Made by a program: the position numbers and the translations under genes
DNA from: an uncultured Chloroflexia bacterium
GTDB lineage: Bacteria; Chloroflexota; Anaerolineae; JAAEKA01
Length of the DNA: 64,000 nucleotides
Reading direction: 5' to 3'
NCBI GenBank assembly: GCA_963709505.1
Contig: CAVPXC010000033.1
Coordinates: 9,289 to 73,288, forward strand
The notes under the pieces: generated by a model
Databases searched by the model: none
Told to the model about the DNA's origin: nothing
Seen by the model: the letters and a program-made list of their open reading frames with translations, nothing else
Shown: positions 31,234 to 40,838 of the stretch, piece by piece
Layout of the letters: each line of letters starts with the position of its first letter
Position numbering within the stretch: the stretch's first letter is position 1

Positions 31234-32743
31234 ATGAAACGGTTTTATCTGATCGCATTCCTATCGGTTGCCGTTCTGCTCGCAGCCGGGTGCGCCCAGG
31301 TCGCGCAGCCTGATCAGGCGAGCGCCGGCCAGGCCGTAGCCCAAGAAGCAGCCGCCACTGCTACCCCCAGTCAACTGACTATCGTCAAGGCGGATGTAAT
31401 GGACATGCCGGCCGGCCAACATGTGATGACGCATACGATGGTTATGACTCATACCATGACGATGGCTAATGGCACGGCGATGCCAATGACACACACAATG
31501 ATCATGACCAACACCATGCCGATGACCGACGACAAGGCAATGCCGGCCGATCACGCCCTGCACCATCCGGATATGGCCGCGGGTGCGCCGATGACCATGA
31601 CCATGCCGATGACGCACACCATGCCGATGACCGACAGCATGGCAATGCCGGCCGATCACGCTATGCACCATCCGGGGATGGCTTCGGGTACGCCGATGAC
31701 GATGACTATGCCGATGACGCACACCATGCCCATGATGCCAATGACAGGCACCATGCCCATGATGCCGATGATGCCTGCGATGCCAACGTCTGACAACCAG
31801 AACATGGACTCCATGCAAATGGGTCAGATGATGGACATGATGGGCCAGATGATGCAGATGATGGGCCAAATGCACATGAAGATGGGCGCGGGTGGCATGG
31901 ACATGACAGCCAGTATGCCAATGACCGGCACTATGCCCATGATGCCGATGACCGGCACCATGCCCATGATGGGCGGCCAGGGCACGCAGTCCATACAGAT
32001 GGGCCAGATGATGGACATGATGGGCCAAATGATGCAGATGATGGGCCAGATGCACATGAAGATGGGTATGGGCACGATGGCTCCGGATACGGCCAGCCAA
32101 GGCTCCGGCATGTGCAAGATGATGGGCGGCAAGGGCTGCGACATGATGAAGCAGGCAGCCGCCGGCCAAGGCTCAAGCATGTGCAAGATGATGGGCGGCA
32201 AGGGCTGCGCTATGATGAAGCAAGCAGCCGCTACCGGCCAAGATTCCGGCATGTGTAAGATGATGGGCGGTAAAGGCTGCGCTATGATGGCCGCCATGCC
32301 GATGACCCCTACCATGCCGATGACGCCTTCGATGCCCATGACAGGGACGATGCCAAGCGCGGCGGCTCAACCGGCTGCGGCGAGTGGCTATGCGCCTCAG
32401 ACGGCCGAGGCCGGCGCGGTAACGGTTACCCTCACGCCCCGCAACCTGGCCGATCCCGCCGCCCAAACCCTCGACTTCGACGTAGCCCTGAACACCCATT
32501 CCGTTCGACCTGAGCGGCGACCTGGCCAAGCTCGCCACACTACGGGCAGGCAGCAACCAGGTTGCTGCGAGCACCTGGACTGCCCCGGCAAGTGGGGGCC
32601 ATCATGTTGCAGGTTTGCTCAGTTTCCCCGCTGTTGACGCAAAAGGTCAGCCGCTGTTGGAAGGGGCCAACACGGTCGTAGTGAGCATCCGCAACCTGGC
32701 GGGCGTGCCGCTCCGCACCTTCACCTGGATGTTGGGTCAATGA
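31234..32743 (+). pseudogene. Extremely Met/His/Cys-rich lipoprotein (putative Cu(I) binder) with an apparent +1 frameshift before its C-terminal domain
   Basis: RBS AGGAGG. Lipobox LAAGC. MPMTHTMPMTD runs, GQMMDMMGQMMQMMGQMHMKMG twice, MCKMMGGKGC[DA]MM three times. After LNTHSV the protein continues in the next frame as DLSGDLAKLATLRAG...GGHHVAGLLSF...TWMLGQ, and the stop overlaps the MCO ATG. The shift is at about 32504. Confidence 0.65.
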
Positions 32744-33801
32744 GACAGTCAACAGCAAAAGCAGTTGGAGCGCTGCTGGCCGGCGCGCTCTTGCTGGTAG
32801 CATGCAGCCAGAGGACGGCGCAGCAACTGCCGGCGGCGGCGCCGTCCCCTACGCCCAGCAGTCTCAGCGGACCAAAGCCCTCCTCCGGCATGGCCCACAT
32901 GATGGCCTCACTGCCAGACGAGAACGTTCCCGCCGCTACGGTCAACGAGGGCAACCAGCCTCTAACCAGCCGCGACGAAAACGGGGTTAAGGTCTTTGAG
33001 CTGACCGCCAAACCGGTTCGCTGGAACTTCGGCGAAGGCATCGAACAGGTGGCCTGGACCTACAACGGCATGGTTCCGGGGCCGCTGATTCGGGTCGTGG
33101 AAGGCGACAACGTGCGCTTCGTCGTCAAAAACGAATTGCCTGAGCCAACGACTATTCACTGGCACGGCATCGAGCTACCGAACAGCATGGATGGCGTGCC
33201 CGGCATGACCCAGGAGGCGATCCAGCCCGGCGAAACTTTTACCTACGAGTTCGTGGCCAAGCCGGCCGGCACCTTCTGGTACCACAGCCACGTCGACAGC
33301 GACGTCCAAATCGGAGTTGGCCTGCACGGTGCCTTTATCATCGACCCCAAGACACCCGATGCCGATCCGCCGGACGTGGACGAGGTGGTGATGCTCAATG
33401 AATGGCGCTTCGTCGACGGCAAGACCTACGCCTCGATGCCGATGTCGGGCATGGACCCCAACTACTTCACCATCAACGGCAAGATCTTCCCGGCCACAAA
33501 GACCGTCCATGCCAAGGTGGGTGACCGCGTGCGGTTGCGCTTCATCGCCGCCGGCCAGTTCGTGCACCCGATGCACCTGCACGGCTTTCCCTTCAAGATC
33601 GTCGCCACCGACGGGCATCCTGTACCCGAGGCGTCACAACTGACCAAGGACACCGTGCTGGTTGCGCCCGGTGAACGCTACGACGTCGAGTTCGTCGCCA
33701 CTGAGCCGGGCATGTGGATGATCCACTGCCACATCACGCATCACACCACCAACGACGGCGAGGAGCCGGGTGGGTTGATGATGGTGGTCAATGTCGAATG
33801 A
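32740..33801 (+). CDS. Small (two-domain-size) multicopper oxidase
   Basis: Copper-ligand blocks HWHG, WYHSH, HPMHLHG and HCHITHH..M. 353 aa with a lipoprotein-like leader. Confidence 0.85.
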   Translation: MRQSTAKAVGALLAGALLLVACSQRTAQQLPAAAPSPTPSSLSGPKPSSGMAHMMASLPDENVPAATVNEGNQPLTSRDENGVKVFELTAKPVRWNFGEGIEQVAWTYNGMVPGPLIRVVEGDNVRFVVKNELPEPTTIHWHGIELPNSMDGVPGMTQEAIQPGETFTYEFVAKPAGTFWYHSHVDSDVQIGVGLHGAFIIDPKTPDADPPDVDEVVMLNEWRFVDGKTYASMPMSGMDPNYFTINGKIFPATKTVHAKVGDRVRLRFIAAGQFVHPMHLHGFPFKIVATDGHPVPEASQLTKDTVLVAPGERYDVEFVATEPGMWMIHCHITHHTTNDGEEPGGLMMVVNVE

Positions 33802-33843
33802 TGAGTGCGGAATGCGGAATGATGAATGGCGGAAGGCGGAAGT
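33796..33843. repeat. Heptamer array (GAATGMG / GGCGGAA units)
   Basis: gaatgatgagtgcggaatgcggaatgatgaatggcggaaggcggaag. The MCO stop codon lies inside it. Confidence 0.8.
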
Positions 33844-33885
33844 CAGAGTGAGTTTCGCCGTCTTAGAGAAAGGATATCTTCAGTG

Positions 33886-34296
33886 ATGATGAAGCGATGT
33901 GTTTTCGCCCTGGCTGTTCTCCTTGTTGTGGCGGTAGTAGGCGCGTGTGCCGCGCCGGTTGCAGCCCCGGCACCTGCAGCACCTGCGGCCAGTGGCCCGC
34001 CTCAGGTCACCCTGACCACCAACCCTAACCCGGCTGCCGCCGCCGGCGAGACCGAGCTGGTGGTCGAGGTCAAAGACTCCGCCGGCAAGCCGCTCAGCGG
34101 CGCCAAGGTGCTGGTGACGGCTGACATGGCCGCCCACAGCATGGGTGCCATGCAGGGCGAGGCTACCGATCAGGGCAACGGCCGCTACGCCACCAAGGTA
34201 CCCTTTGGCATGGGCGGCGACTGGAAGATAACTATCGAAGTGCGCCAGGGCGACACAGTCCTGGCGACCCAAGATTTCGTCGTTCCCGTTCAGTAG
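33886..34296 (+). CDS. YtkA-like domain lipoprotein
   Basis: Lipobox VGAC. DMAAHSMGAM motif. Paralogue of 2258..2686. Confidence 0.6.
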   Translation: MMKRCVFALAVLLVVAVVGACAAPVAAPAPAAPAASGPPQVTLTTNPNPAAAAGETELVVEVKDSAGKPLSGAKVLVTADMAAHSMGAMQGEATDQGNGRYATKVPFGMGGDWKITIEVRQGDTVLATQDFVVPVQ

Positions 34297-34459
34297 GCAG
34301 CGTACCCTGCGACAGCATCACCCGCCAGGTCGGCCCCAATCGTTCGATCTGTCTGAAACCGGACGTAGGGGCGGGTGCAAGACCCGCCCTCAGTGGATGC
34401 ATGGTTCGCCAAAGGGGCGGGTGCAAGACCTATCCCCACATCGAGTTTGGAGGTAAATC

Positions 34460-34991
34460 GTGACCAAGAAGAAGTCTCAGAACAAACCTTCGACCGCAAA
34501 ACAACCGTCTCCATCGCCCCAGCGCGCTCGATGGCCATATGTGGTCTTGGCAATTGTCCTGGTCGTGGCTGCGGCCGCGGCTATCCTCCTGCTGCAATCG
34601 GCCAAGCAGCCTGCCGCTGGCGCGTTGACTGGCACCAGCGCGCCGGCCGGCGCCGGCCGCCCTCAGTTGGTCGTCGACCAGGAGCAGATCGACTTCGGCT
34701 CCGTGCCGGTCAACAAGATGGTCAAGGCCAGCTTCAAGCTAACCAACGCCGGCGACACACCACTCACGCTCTCGGTCCCCCCGGTAGCCCAAGTCGTCGA
34801 GGGCTGCTGACCGCCCAGAATTGTCGTCGGTTCGACGACCTTAAAGCCGGGCCAGCAGACCGATCTCAGTATGGAATTCACCATGCATGCAGGCATGGAA
34901 GGGGAGCATGATTTTCGAGTTCGCGTTGAAGTCAAACGATCCAGCCAACCCGGAACAGGAGCTGAAGGTACTCTCGAATTGGATTCAGTAG
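34460..34991 (+). pseudogene. DUF1573-like membrane-anchored protein with an in-frame UGA (34808-34810) and an apparent +1 frameshift (about 34938)
   Basis: GTG start after GGAGG. The frame reads ...VAQVVEGC-TGA-PPRIVVGSTTLKPGQQTDLSMEFTMHAGMEGEHDFRVRVEVK, then shifts to NDPANPEQELKVLSNWIQ-TAG. The stop sits just before the RBS of the next gene. Confidence 0.55.
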
Positions 34992-35015
34992 TAGCAGACC
35001 AGGAGGTACAGTGCG

Positions 35016-35276
35016 ATGTGGTGGAATCATGGAGCTGGAATGGGATGGATGGTCGGCGGCGGTTTGATGATGTTGCTGTTCTGGGGAGGATTGATCTTCC
35101 TGTTCGGCTTGGGCGTCTGGGCGTTTAGCCGCTCCGGGCAGCAGCGCTCCGGCGATTCCAGCCAGACATCTGTTGCGAAACAGGATCGCGCCTTGGAGAT
35201 CTTAAAGGAACGCTATGCACGAGGCGAGATCACGAAGACCGAATACGAAGAGATACGCAACGACATTCGAACCTGA
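35016..35276 (+). CDS. SHOCT-domain membrane protein
   Basis: AGGAGG RBS. Gly/Met-rich TM and a C-terminal LEILKERYARGEITKTEYEEIRNDI SHOCT motif. Confidence 0.7.
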   Translation: MWWNHGAGMGWMVGGGLMMLLFWGGLIFLFGLGVWAFSRSGQQRSGDSSQTSVAKQDRALEILKERYARGEITKTEYEEIRNDIRT

Positions 35277-35353
35277 TGGGCACGAAGCTCCAACGCGCAT
35301 GCAGGCGTAGGCATTCCCAAGGACAACAGGGACCAAGAAGCGAGGACATGACT

Positions 35354-35767
35354 ATGAGACGGATTAGCTTGTTAGCAATCGTGATGGCGCTTGTAATCGG
35401 CGCTTGCAGCGCCCCTGGCCCCGGCCAGGTCGACCAGTCGCCGGCGCAGCCTGCCCAGGTCACCAAAATCGACGCCGACCAGCTAGCCACGATGCTGCAA
35501 AACAAGGACTTTACTTTCGTAAACGTCCACATTCCCTATGCAGGCGAGATCGCCAACACGGACCTACAGATCCCCTACAACGAGATGCCTGCCAACCTGG
35601 ACAAGCTACCCAACAAGGATGCCAAGATCGTGCTCTATTGCCGCAGCGGCCGCATGTCGGACGAGGCCAGCCAGGAGTTGGTCAAGCTCGGATACACGAA
35701 CGTCTATGACGTGGTAGGCGGTATGCAGGCCTGGACGGCTTCGGGACGTGAGGTAATCCAAAAGTAA
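35354..35767 (+). CDS. Rhodanese-domain lipoprotein
   Basis: Lipobox IGAC. Active-site loop YCRSGRMS. GGMQAW. Confidence 0.8.
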   Translation: MRRISLLAIVMALVIGACSAPGPGQVDQSPAQPAQVTKIDADQLATMLQNKDFTFVNVHIPYAGEIANTDLQIPYNEMPANLDKLPNKDAKIVLYCRSGRMSDEASQELVKLGYTNVYDVVGGMQAWTASGREVIQK

Positions 35768-35829
35768 GGGCGCGTCTAGATCCGGGCTTGTTCGCGGAAT
35801 GAACCCGCTTTCTAGACCTCCGGCCGAAG

Positions 35830-36099
35830 GTGAGGTGTGCCGTGATCTGGCTGTTGGTAGGTGCTTTGGTGCTAGGAATAGGGCTGGTTCTGCTGCAGCG
35901 CTGGTCTGCCCAGCGGGCAGAAACTGTGCCACCATCTGTTCACCCTGCGCCGTCGATGCGCGATTGCCCCGCTTGCGGAAATAGCATTTCCGTCGATTGG
36001 GCCTTCTGCCCGTTCTGTGCCCGCGCGCTGGCTGGGGAGGAAATCGCCATCCAGAACAACGAGCGGAGTTTGCCGGTGGCTAGCCCGGGACGGCCGTGA
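35830..36099 (+). CDS. Membrane-anchored double zinc-ribbon protein
   Basis: N-terminal TM, then CPACG...CPFCAR. Confidence 0.45.
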   Translation: MRCAVIWLLVGALVLGIGLVLLQRWSAQRAETVPPSVHPAPSMRDCPACGNSISVDWAFCPFCARALAGEEIAIQNNERSLPVASPGRP

Positions 36100-36175
36100 A
36101 AGTGCTGCACCTTTTTCACAGCGTGCGGCTCCCACTCTGCCTCGCCGTCCCCAGGTGATGCAAGTGACCGGCTGA

Positions 36176-36204
36176 TTGCCGTGCAGGTGTTTTTCGGATA
36201 CAAT
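36176..36204 (+). promoter_or_regulatory. Candidate promoter placing the transcription start at or next to the kinase ATG (possibly a leaderless mRNA)
   Basis: TTGCCG, a 17-nt spacer, then TACAAT ending 7 nt before ATG 36212. Confidence 0.3.
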
Positions 36205-36211
36205 GCCCGGC

Positions 36212-37657
36212 ATGTCCTTTGCCAAGCGTTTCCGTGGTTTGCTCGAAAACCCGCATTTCTGGGTGGTCGTTGCCGGATTGGCAATCACCACTTGGCTGCA
36301 TTACACCACTAGCCCGCTGCTGTTCGAGCAGCACACCGTCTACCGCTACCTCTACTTCCTGCCCGTCGTCTACGCCGCCCTGCGTTTTGGGCTGTGGGGG
36401 GGATTGCTCGCCGGCCTGACAGCCAGCTTGCTTTTTGCACCGCACATCTGGCTCAAATTCGGCCACTTCCCCGAGGAGAGCCTCAACGATCTTTTTGTCG
36501 CCGTAGTTCTGACCTTGGTGGGCATTTTGACTGGTGCGCTAACTGATGCGGAGCGCCGCCAGCGGCGGAAGCAAGAAACTGCCAGCGCTCAACTGGCCCA
36601 GTCTTTGGCGCAACTGGAGCACCGCACGGCCGCGCTGGAAGAGATGCAACGCTATATCAACAGCGTGCTAGCCTCGCTGAGCTGCGGCGTGATTACTGTC
36701 GACGCAGCGGGCCGCGTCACGACCGATAATCCGATGGCCCGCACCCTCCTAGGCAGCAATTTGATCGGCCAGCCGCTGCCCGCTTCCCTCGTTAACCGGT
36801 CAAAATCAGGCTTTGATGGCTACCGCCAGATGCGGTTGGCCGGCCGGCCGGTAGGAGTGCACGCCGGTCCGCTGACCAGCGGCGATGGCAGGCACATGGG
36901 CACCGTGCTCGTGCTGGACGACCTGACCGAAGTCAAGGCGCTTGAGGAGCAGGTGCGGCGGGCAGAGCGGCTCAGCGCGCTCGGTACGCTTGCGGGCGGC
37001 GTGGCGCACGAAGTGCGCAACCCCGTGGGCATCATCCGCGCCAGCGCGCAGCTCATGGGCTCGCTTCCAAGCGTCGCCGAGGATGTCGGCAGCCACGAGT
37101 ATTTGTCGGTGATTACGCAGGAAGCCGATCGCATCGACCGATTGGTCGAAGATCTGCTCGGCTACGCCCGCGCCGGCGAGCTGAGCCTGGCACCGGTGGA
37201 CATGGAAGAGTTGGTCCGCAGCACCGCCGCGCGACTGGCCTCGCTGACCGAGCAGGCGGACGTCGATCTGGTGGTTGAGGTTGAGCCTCGGCTGCCTCGG
37301 GTTGAAGGCGATGCCGGCAAGCTGGAGCAAGTGCTGTTGAACCTGGGCCTAAATGCCATCGCCGCGATCCAGGCGGCCTATCCACGCCCAGCGGCCGGCG
37401 GCCGGCTGGTACTGTCCGCACAGCGCGCGCCGGGCGGCCTGCACTGCGTCGTGCGCGACAACGGCCAGGGCATGCCCGACGACGTGCGCGTCCACATCTT
37501 CGACCCCTTTTTCACCACCCGCGACGACGGCACCGGCCTGGGCCTGGCCATCGTCCAACGCATCGTCGCCGACCACGGCGGCACAATCGAGGTCGCCAGC
37601 GAGCCTGGCAAGGGCGCTACGTTTACCATCTGGCTGCCTGCGATGAACGAGGAATGA
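36212..37657 (+). CDS. Membrane sensor histidine kinase (PAS, HisKA, HATPase)
   Basis: 4 TM, H-box [11 protein letters not shown]-box LNLGLNAI, G-boxes DNGQGM and GTGLGL. The last codons and the stop lie inside the GATGAAC array. Confidence 0.85.
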   Translation: MSFAKRFRGLLENPHFWVVVAGLAITTWLHYTTSPLLFEQHTVYRYLYFLPVVYAALRFGLWGGLLAGLTASLLFAPHIWLKFGHFPEESLNDLFVAVVLTLVGILTGALTDAERRQRRKQETASAQLAQSLAQLEHRTAALEEMQRYINSVLASLSCGVITVDAAGRVTTDNPMARTLLGSNLIGQPLPASLVNRSKSGFDGYRQMRLAGRPVGVHAGPLTSGDGRHMGTVLVLDDLTEVKALEEQVRRAERLSALGTLAGGVAHEVRNPVGIIRASAQLMGSLPSVAEDVGSHEYLSVITQEADRIDRLVEDLLGYARAGELSLAPVDMEELVRSTAARLASLTEQADVDLVVEVEPRLPRVEGDAGKLEQVLLNLGLNAIAAIQAAYPRPAAGGRLVLSAQRAPGGLHCVVRDNGQGMPDDVRVHIFDPFFTTRDDGTGLGLAIVQRIVADHGGTIEVASEPGKGATFTIWLPAMNEE

Positions 37658-37757
37658 TGAACGATGAACGATGAATGCGGGCGGACGAAGTTTCCGCATT
37701 CATCGTTCATCGTTCATCATTCCTCGTTCATCATTCCGCATTCATCGTTCATCGCTG
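37642..37757. repeat. Inverted pair of heptamer arrays (GATGAAC / GTTCATC), about 39-bp perfect arms
   Basis: gatgaacgaggaatgatgaacgatgaacgatgaatgcgg is mirrored by ccgcattcatcgttcatcgttcatcattcctcgttcatc. Confidence 0.95.
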
Positions 37758-37825
37758 ATAAGCTACTGCCAGTTTAAAATCCTGTGCCCATCGACCGTGG
37801 TGTGCATGATCAAGGAGATACGATA

Positions 37826-38621
37826 GTGCCCAACTCACCCGTTCAGCTAGCCATCGCCGAATGGCAAGACAAGCAGATCACCGGCACCGAATTGATGCGC
37901 CGGTTGGTGTCCTTCGATAAGTGGATGGTTCCGGTGTCTGAAGCCGCAGCGGCCGAAATGGTTAGCACGAGGAGCAGCCTCGCGCTTGATGTACAGCCAG
38001 GACGGCGAAGGCGTCTCCCGTCTGTACCTCTTCTCCGACGGCGAGGCCTACGATGCGTTCCGCGCGTCCGTGGGGCAGGATGCATCCGAGCAGCACTTTC
38101 TATCCACGACCGGGACATGGATCTTTCAACTCCCCCTGGACCCACTCGACTTCATCGAGATCGATCCGGCGACGCCCTGGCAGATTGGTTATCACAAAGA
38201 GCAGTTCCCCCGCTTGCGAGCCATGGCTGCCGCCGTCGAGGTCGAACTGGCGCTGGCAGCCTTGCGCGCCGGCACGGCAGAGCCCGGCTCACTCACGAAG
38301 GTGCGGCAATACGAGCACTACATTCTAGCCGTCACCAGCCGGGATGGCGGCCACACCCTGGCCCTCGCGCCGGACGATCGCGACCGCACGCTAGCCGCCA
38401 TTTTCACCTCCGACGATAGCTTCCAAGCCTTCCTCCCCGAAGGCGGAGCGCTACTTTCGGACGGGCAGCTCCTGCGCGTTGCGCTGGCCGGCCCACAGCT
38501 CTTCGAACAACTGTCCCGGATGTCGCTGGACGGCGTCGTCTTCAACTGCAGCGGCCCCGGCCGCCCCATCGCCTTTGCCCAGGCATTTCTCACTGTCATC
38601 CTGGAGGCCAAATCGGAATGA
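37826..38621 (+). pseudogene. SseB-like protein (two SseB_N-like halves) with an apparent +1 frameshift
   Basis: GTG 37826 follows AAGGAG. ...KWMVPVSEAAAAEM (frame 37784) joins ...LMYSQDGEGVSRLYLFSDGEAYDAF...AAIFTSDDSFQAF (frame 37986). The family call is weak. Confidence 0.45.
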
Positions 38622-38622
38622 T

Positions 38623-38691
38623 GAATGATGAGCGATGAATGATGATTTCGAAATCATCATTCATCGCTCATCATTCATCATTCATCGTTCA
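38623..38691. repeat. Near-perfect palindrome built from GAATGAT/GATGAGC heptamers
   Basis: ggaatgatgaatgatgagcgatgaatgatgatttc | gaaatcatcattcatcgctcatcattcatcattc. Confidence 0.95.
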
Positions 38692-38694
38692 AAC

Positions 38695-39969
38695 ATGACC
38701 ACAGTCCTAATCGTCGACGACGAAGCCAACATGCGCTGGGTGCTCCAGCGTGCGCTCGAACAGGCCGGTTACCAGGCCCTGGCCGCCGGCCGCGGGGAGG
38801 AGGCGCTCAACCTGGCTGCGCGCAACCGGATCGATCTGGCGCTGCTTGATCTGAAGATGCCCGGCATGGATGGCCTGGCCGTGCTACGCGAGCTCCACCT
38901 GCGCCAGCCCGATCTGCCGGTGATTTTGTTGACCGCCTACGCCACCGTGCCGACCGCGGTCGAGGCCATGCGCCTGGGCGCGCTGGACTACCTGCGCAAG
39001 CCGTTCGACGTGGAAGAGGTGCTCTTCAAGATCGCCAACGCTTTCCAGCGGCGGGCCGTGCAGATCGAGCGGGACGCGCTCAGCGCCCGGCTGCGGCAGG
39101 CAGGCAACTCGGCGGCAGGCCCAGGGCTGTTTAGCTTTGCACGCTTTGTCGGCGCGAGCCCGGCCCTGACCGAACCCCTCACGCACGCACGTGCCGCGGC
39201 GCACAACGACTACCCTGTGCTGATCACGGGCGAGGAAGGCACGGGCAAAACCCTGCTGGCGCAGCTGATCCACGGCCAGAGCCGCCGGCCCGACGCGCCG
39301 CTGGTGACCACGGACTGCGGCAGCCTGAGCGCCGGCGCGCTGCGGCAGGAGCTCCTGGCGGAGAGCGGCAGATGGCGACAGGCGCTTGGCGGCACCTTAT
39401 TATTGCGCCGCATCGGCCGGCTCCCCGACGAGCTGGCAGAGCCGCTAGCGACGCATTTGGCCGGCCTGCTGCGTTCGCCGGAGCGGCCGGCGGGCTTGCG
39501 AGTCATCGCCACCGCTGCCGACGAAATTACGCCCTCGTTGTTGGCGCTGTTGGACGGCATCCGAATCGCGCTTCCGCCGCTCCGCGAGCGCGATGGCGAC
39601 TTGTTGTTGTTGGCCCAGCACTTGGCGCCGGGCACAAAACTGGGCGGGCTTGCGCTCAGCGCACTTCTGGCCTATCCTTGGCCGGGAAACGTCTCCGAGT
39701 TGGCAGGCGTTCTGGCTCACGCCAAGGCCCTGGCCGGCGAGGGGACCATCGAAGTCGAGCATCTGCCGGCTCGCATCACCATGGCGTCGTCAGATGAGAC
39801 AGCCACCTTCCGCCTGCCGCCGGGCGGCATCGACCTGGACCAGGTAGAGCGCGAGCTGATTCGCCAGGCGCTGGATAGGGCTCAGGGCAACAAGAGCCAG
39901 GCCGCGCGCCTGCTTGGCCTGACACGGCACACGTTGCTGTATCGGTTGGAGAAGCACGGGTTCGAATAG
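38695..39969 (+). CDS. NtrC-family response regulator with a degenerate AAA+ module (REC, AAA-like, Fis-type HTH)
   Basis: REC: LIVDDE...DLKMPGMDG...KPF. Walker A reads GEEGTGKT. The Walker B position reads LLLRRIG instead of the usual FLDEIG, and no GAFTGA loop is seen. C-terminal NKSQAARLLGLTRHTLLYRL. Confidence 0.8.
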   Translation: MTTVLIVDDEANMRWVLQRALEQAGYQALAAGRGEEALNLAARNRIDLALLDLKMPGMDGLAVLRELHLRQPDLPVILLTAYATVPTAVEAMRLGALDYLRKPFDVEEVLFKIANAFQRRAVQIERDALSARLRQAGNSAAGPGLFSFARFVGASPALTEPLTHARAAAHNDYPVLITGEEGTGKTLLAQLIHGQSRRPDAPLVTTDCGSLSAGALRQELLAESGRWRQALGGTLLLRRIGRLPDELAEPLATHLAGLLRSPERPAGLRVIATAADEITPSLLALLDGIRIALPPLRERDGDLLLLAQHLAPGTKLGGLALSALLAYPWPGNVSELAGVLAHAKALAGEGTIEVEHLPARITMASSDETATFRLPPGGIDLDQVERELIRQALDRAQGNKSQAARLLGLTRHTLLYRLEKHGFE

Positions 39970-40110
39970 TCTTGGCGCCTTTCTCCCAAAGTGCAACGCA
40001 CTTTGGAGGTTGCTCTTGGGAGGGGAAACCGCGTCAATTACCACAACACCGTATCACTTCGCGCAGAATCGCACCCCTCACCACCTGAAACGGGCCAAAA
40101 TCAACCAACC

Positions 40111-40140
40111 ATTGACTTCGCATCCGCCTTGGTGTTATGC
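40111..40140 (+). promoter_or_regulatory. Weak candidate promoter upstream of the PCFCGC/CuA cluster
   Basis: TTGACT, an 18-nt spacer, then TATGCT. Confidence 0.25.
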
Positions 40141-40198
40141 TTCACAATGTCTGGTCGAGCCATTTACGCAAGCTCTGCCTAACGACACTGGGCGGCGC

Positions 40199-40262
40199 GA
40201 TTGCAGATTGCAAGTGGCAAGTTCAGCACCTGCAACCTGCAACTTGCCACCTGCAACTTGGC
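40199..40262. repeat. Inverted heptamer arrays (TTGCAGR / CTGCAAC)
   Basis: gattgcagattgcaagtggcaagttcag | cacctgcaacctgcaacttgccacctgcaacttgg. Confidence 0.8.
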
Positions 40263-40280
40263 CACCCTCACGGAGGTTGT

Positions 40281-40838
40281 ATGCAGCGAAACCCAAGGCG
40301 AATGCTGATCCTGGGCATTCTTATCAGCTTGTTGATAGCAGCTTGCGGTGGCAGCGCCGCCCAACCGACGAGCGACACGAAGATGGCGCCGGAGTCGCAG
40401 CTTCCCGCTGAGATGAAGGACCAGCCGGCCAGAGTGATAGAGGCGTACCGTTTCGCGATCGCCAACCCCGATCTACTCAAGCAGATCCCCTGTTTCTGCG
40501 GCTGCGTGGCCGAGCAACACGAGTCGAACTACAACTGCTACGTCGCAAAAGATGGCGGCCCCGGCAGCGTTCTGGATTTCGACAACCATGCCACGGGCTG
40601 CGGCATTTGTGTTGACATCACTCAAGATGTGATGAAAATGCAACAAGAAGGCAAGAGCGTCGACCAGATGCGCGCGGTCATCAACCAACGCTACGGTAAT
40701 TTCGGCCCATCGACCGACGACGCCGGCAAGTCGTCCAGCACCGGCCAATTCATGCCGATCGGCGACACCACCCAGTTGATGAGCAGCCTACCCGAACACC
40801 ACTGCGACGAGGAGACAGGCCTCTGCGACTCTCAATGA
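40281..40838 (+). CDS. PCYCGC-motif lipoprotein (motif here PCFCGC)
   Basis: GGAGG RBS. Lipobox IAAC. IPCFCGCVAEQHESNYNCY, GCGICVD, and a C-terminal HHCDEETGLCD. Confidence 0.7.
   Translation: MQRNPRRMLILGILISLLIAACGGSAAQPTSDTKMAPESQLPAEMKDQPARVIEAYRFAIANPDLLKQIPCFCGCVAEQHESNYNCYVAKDGGPGSVLDFDNHATGCGICVDITQDVMKMQQEGKSVDQMRAVINQRYGNFGPSTDDAGKSSSTGQFMPIGDTTQLMSSLPEHHCDEETGLCDSQ

Noticed and set aside
39986-40006. The hairpin CCAAAGTGC-aac-GCACTTTGG after the response regulator, as an intrinsic terminator.
   Set aside because: The 9-bp stem is perfect but has no U-tract, so it is not reported as a terminator feature.
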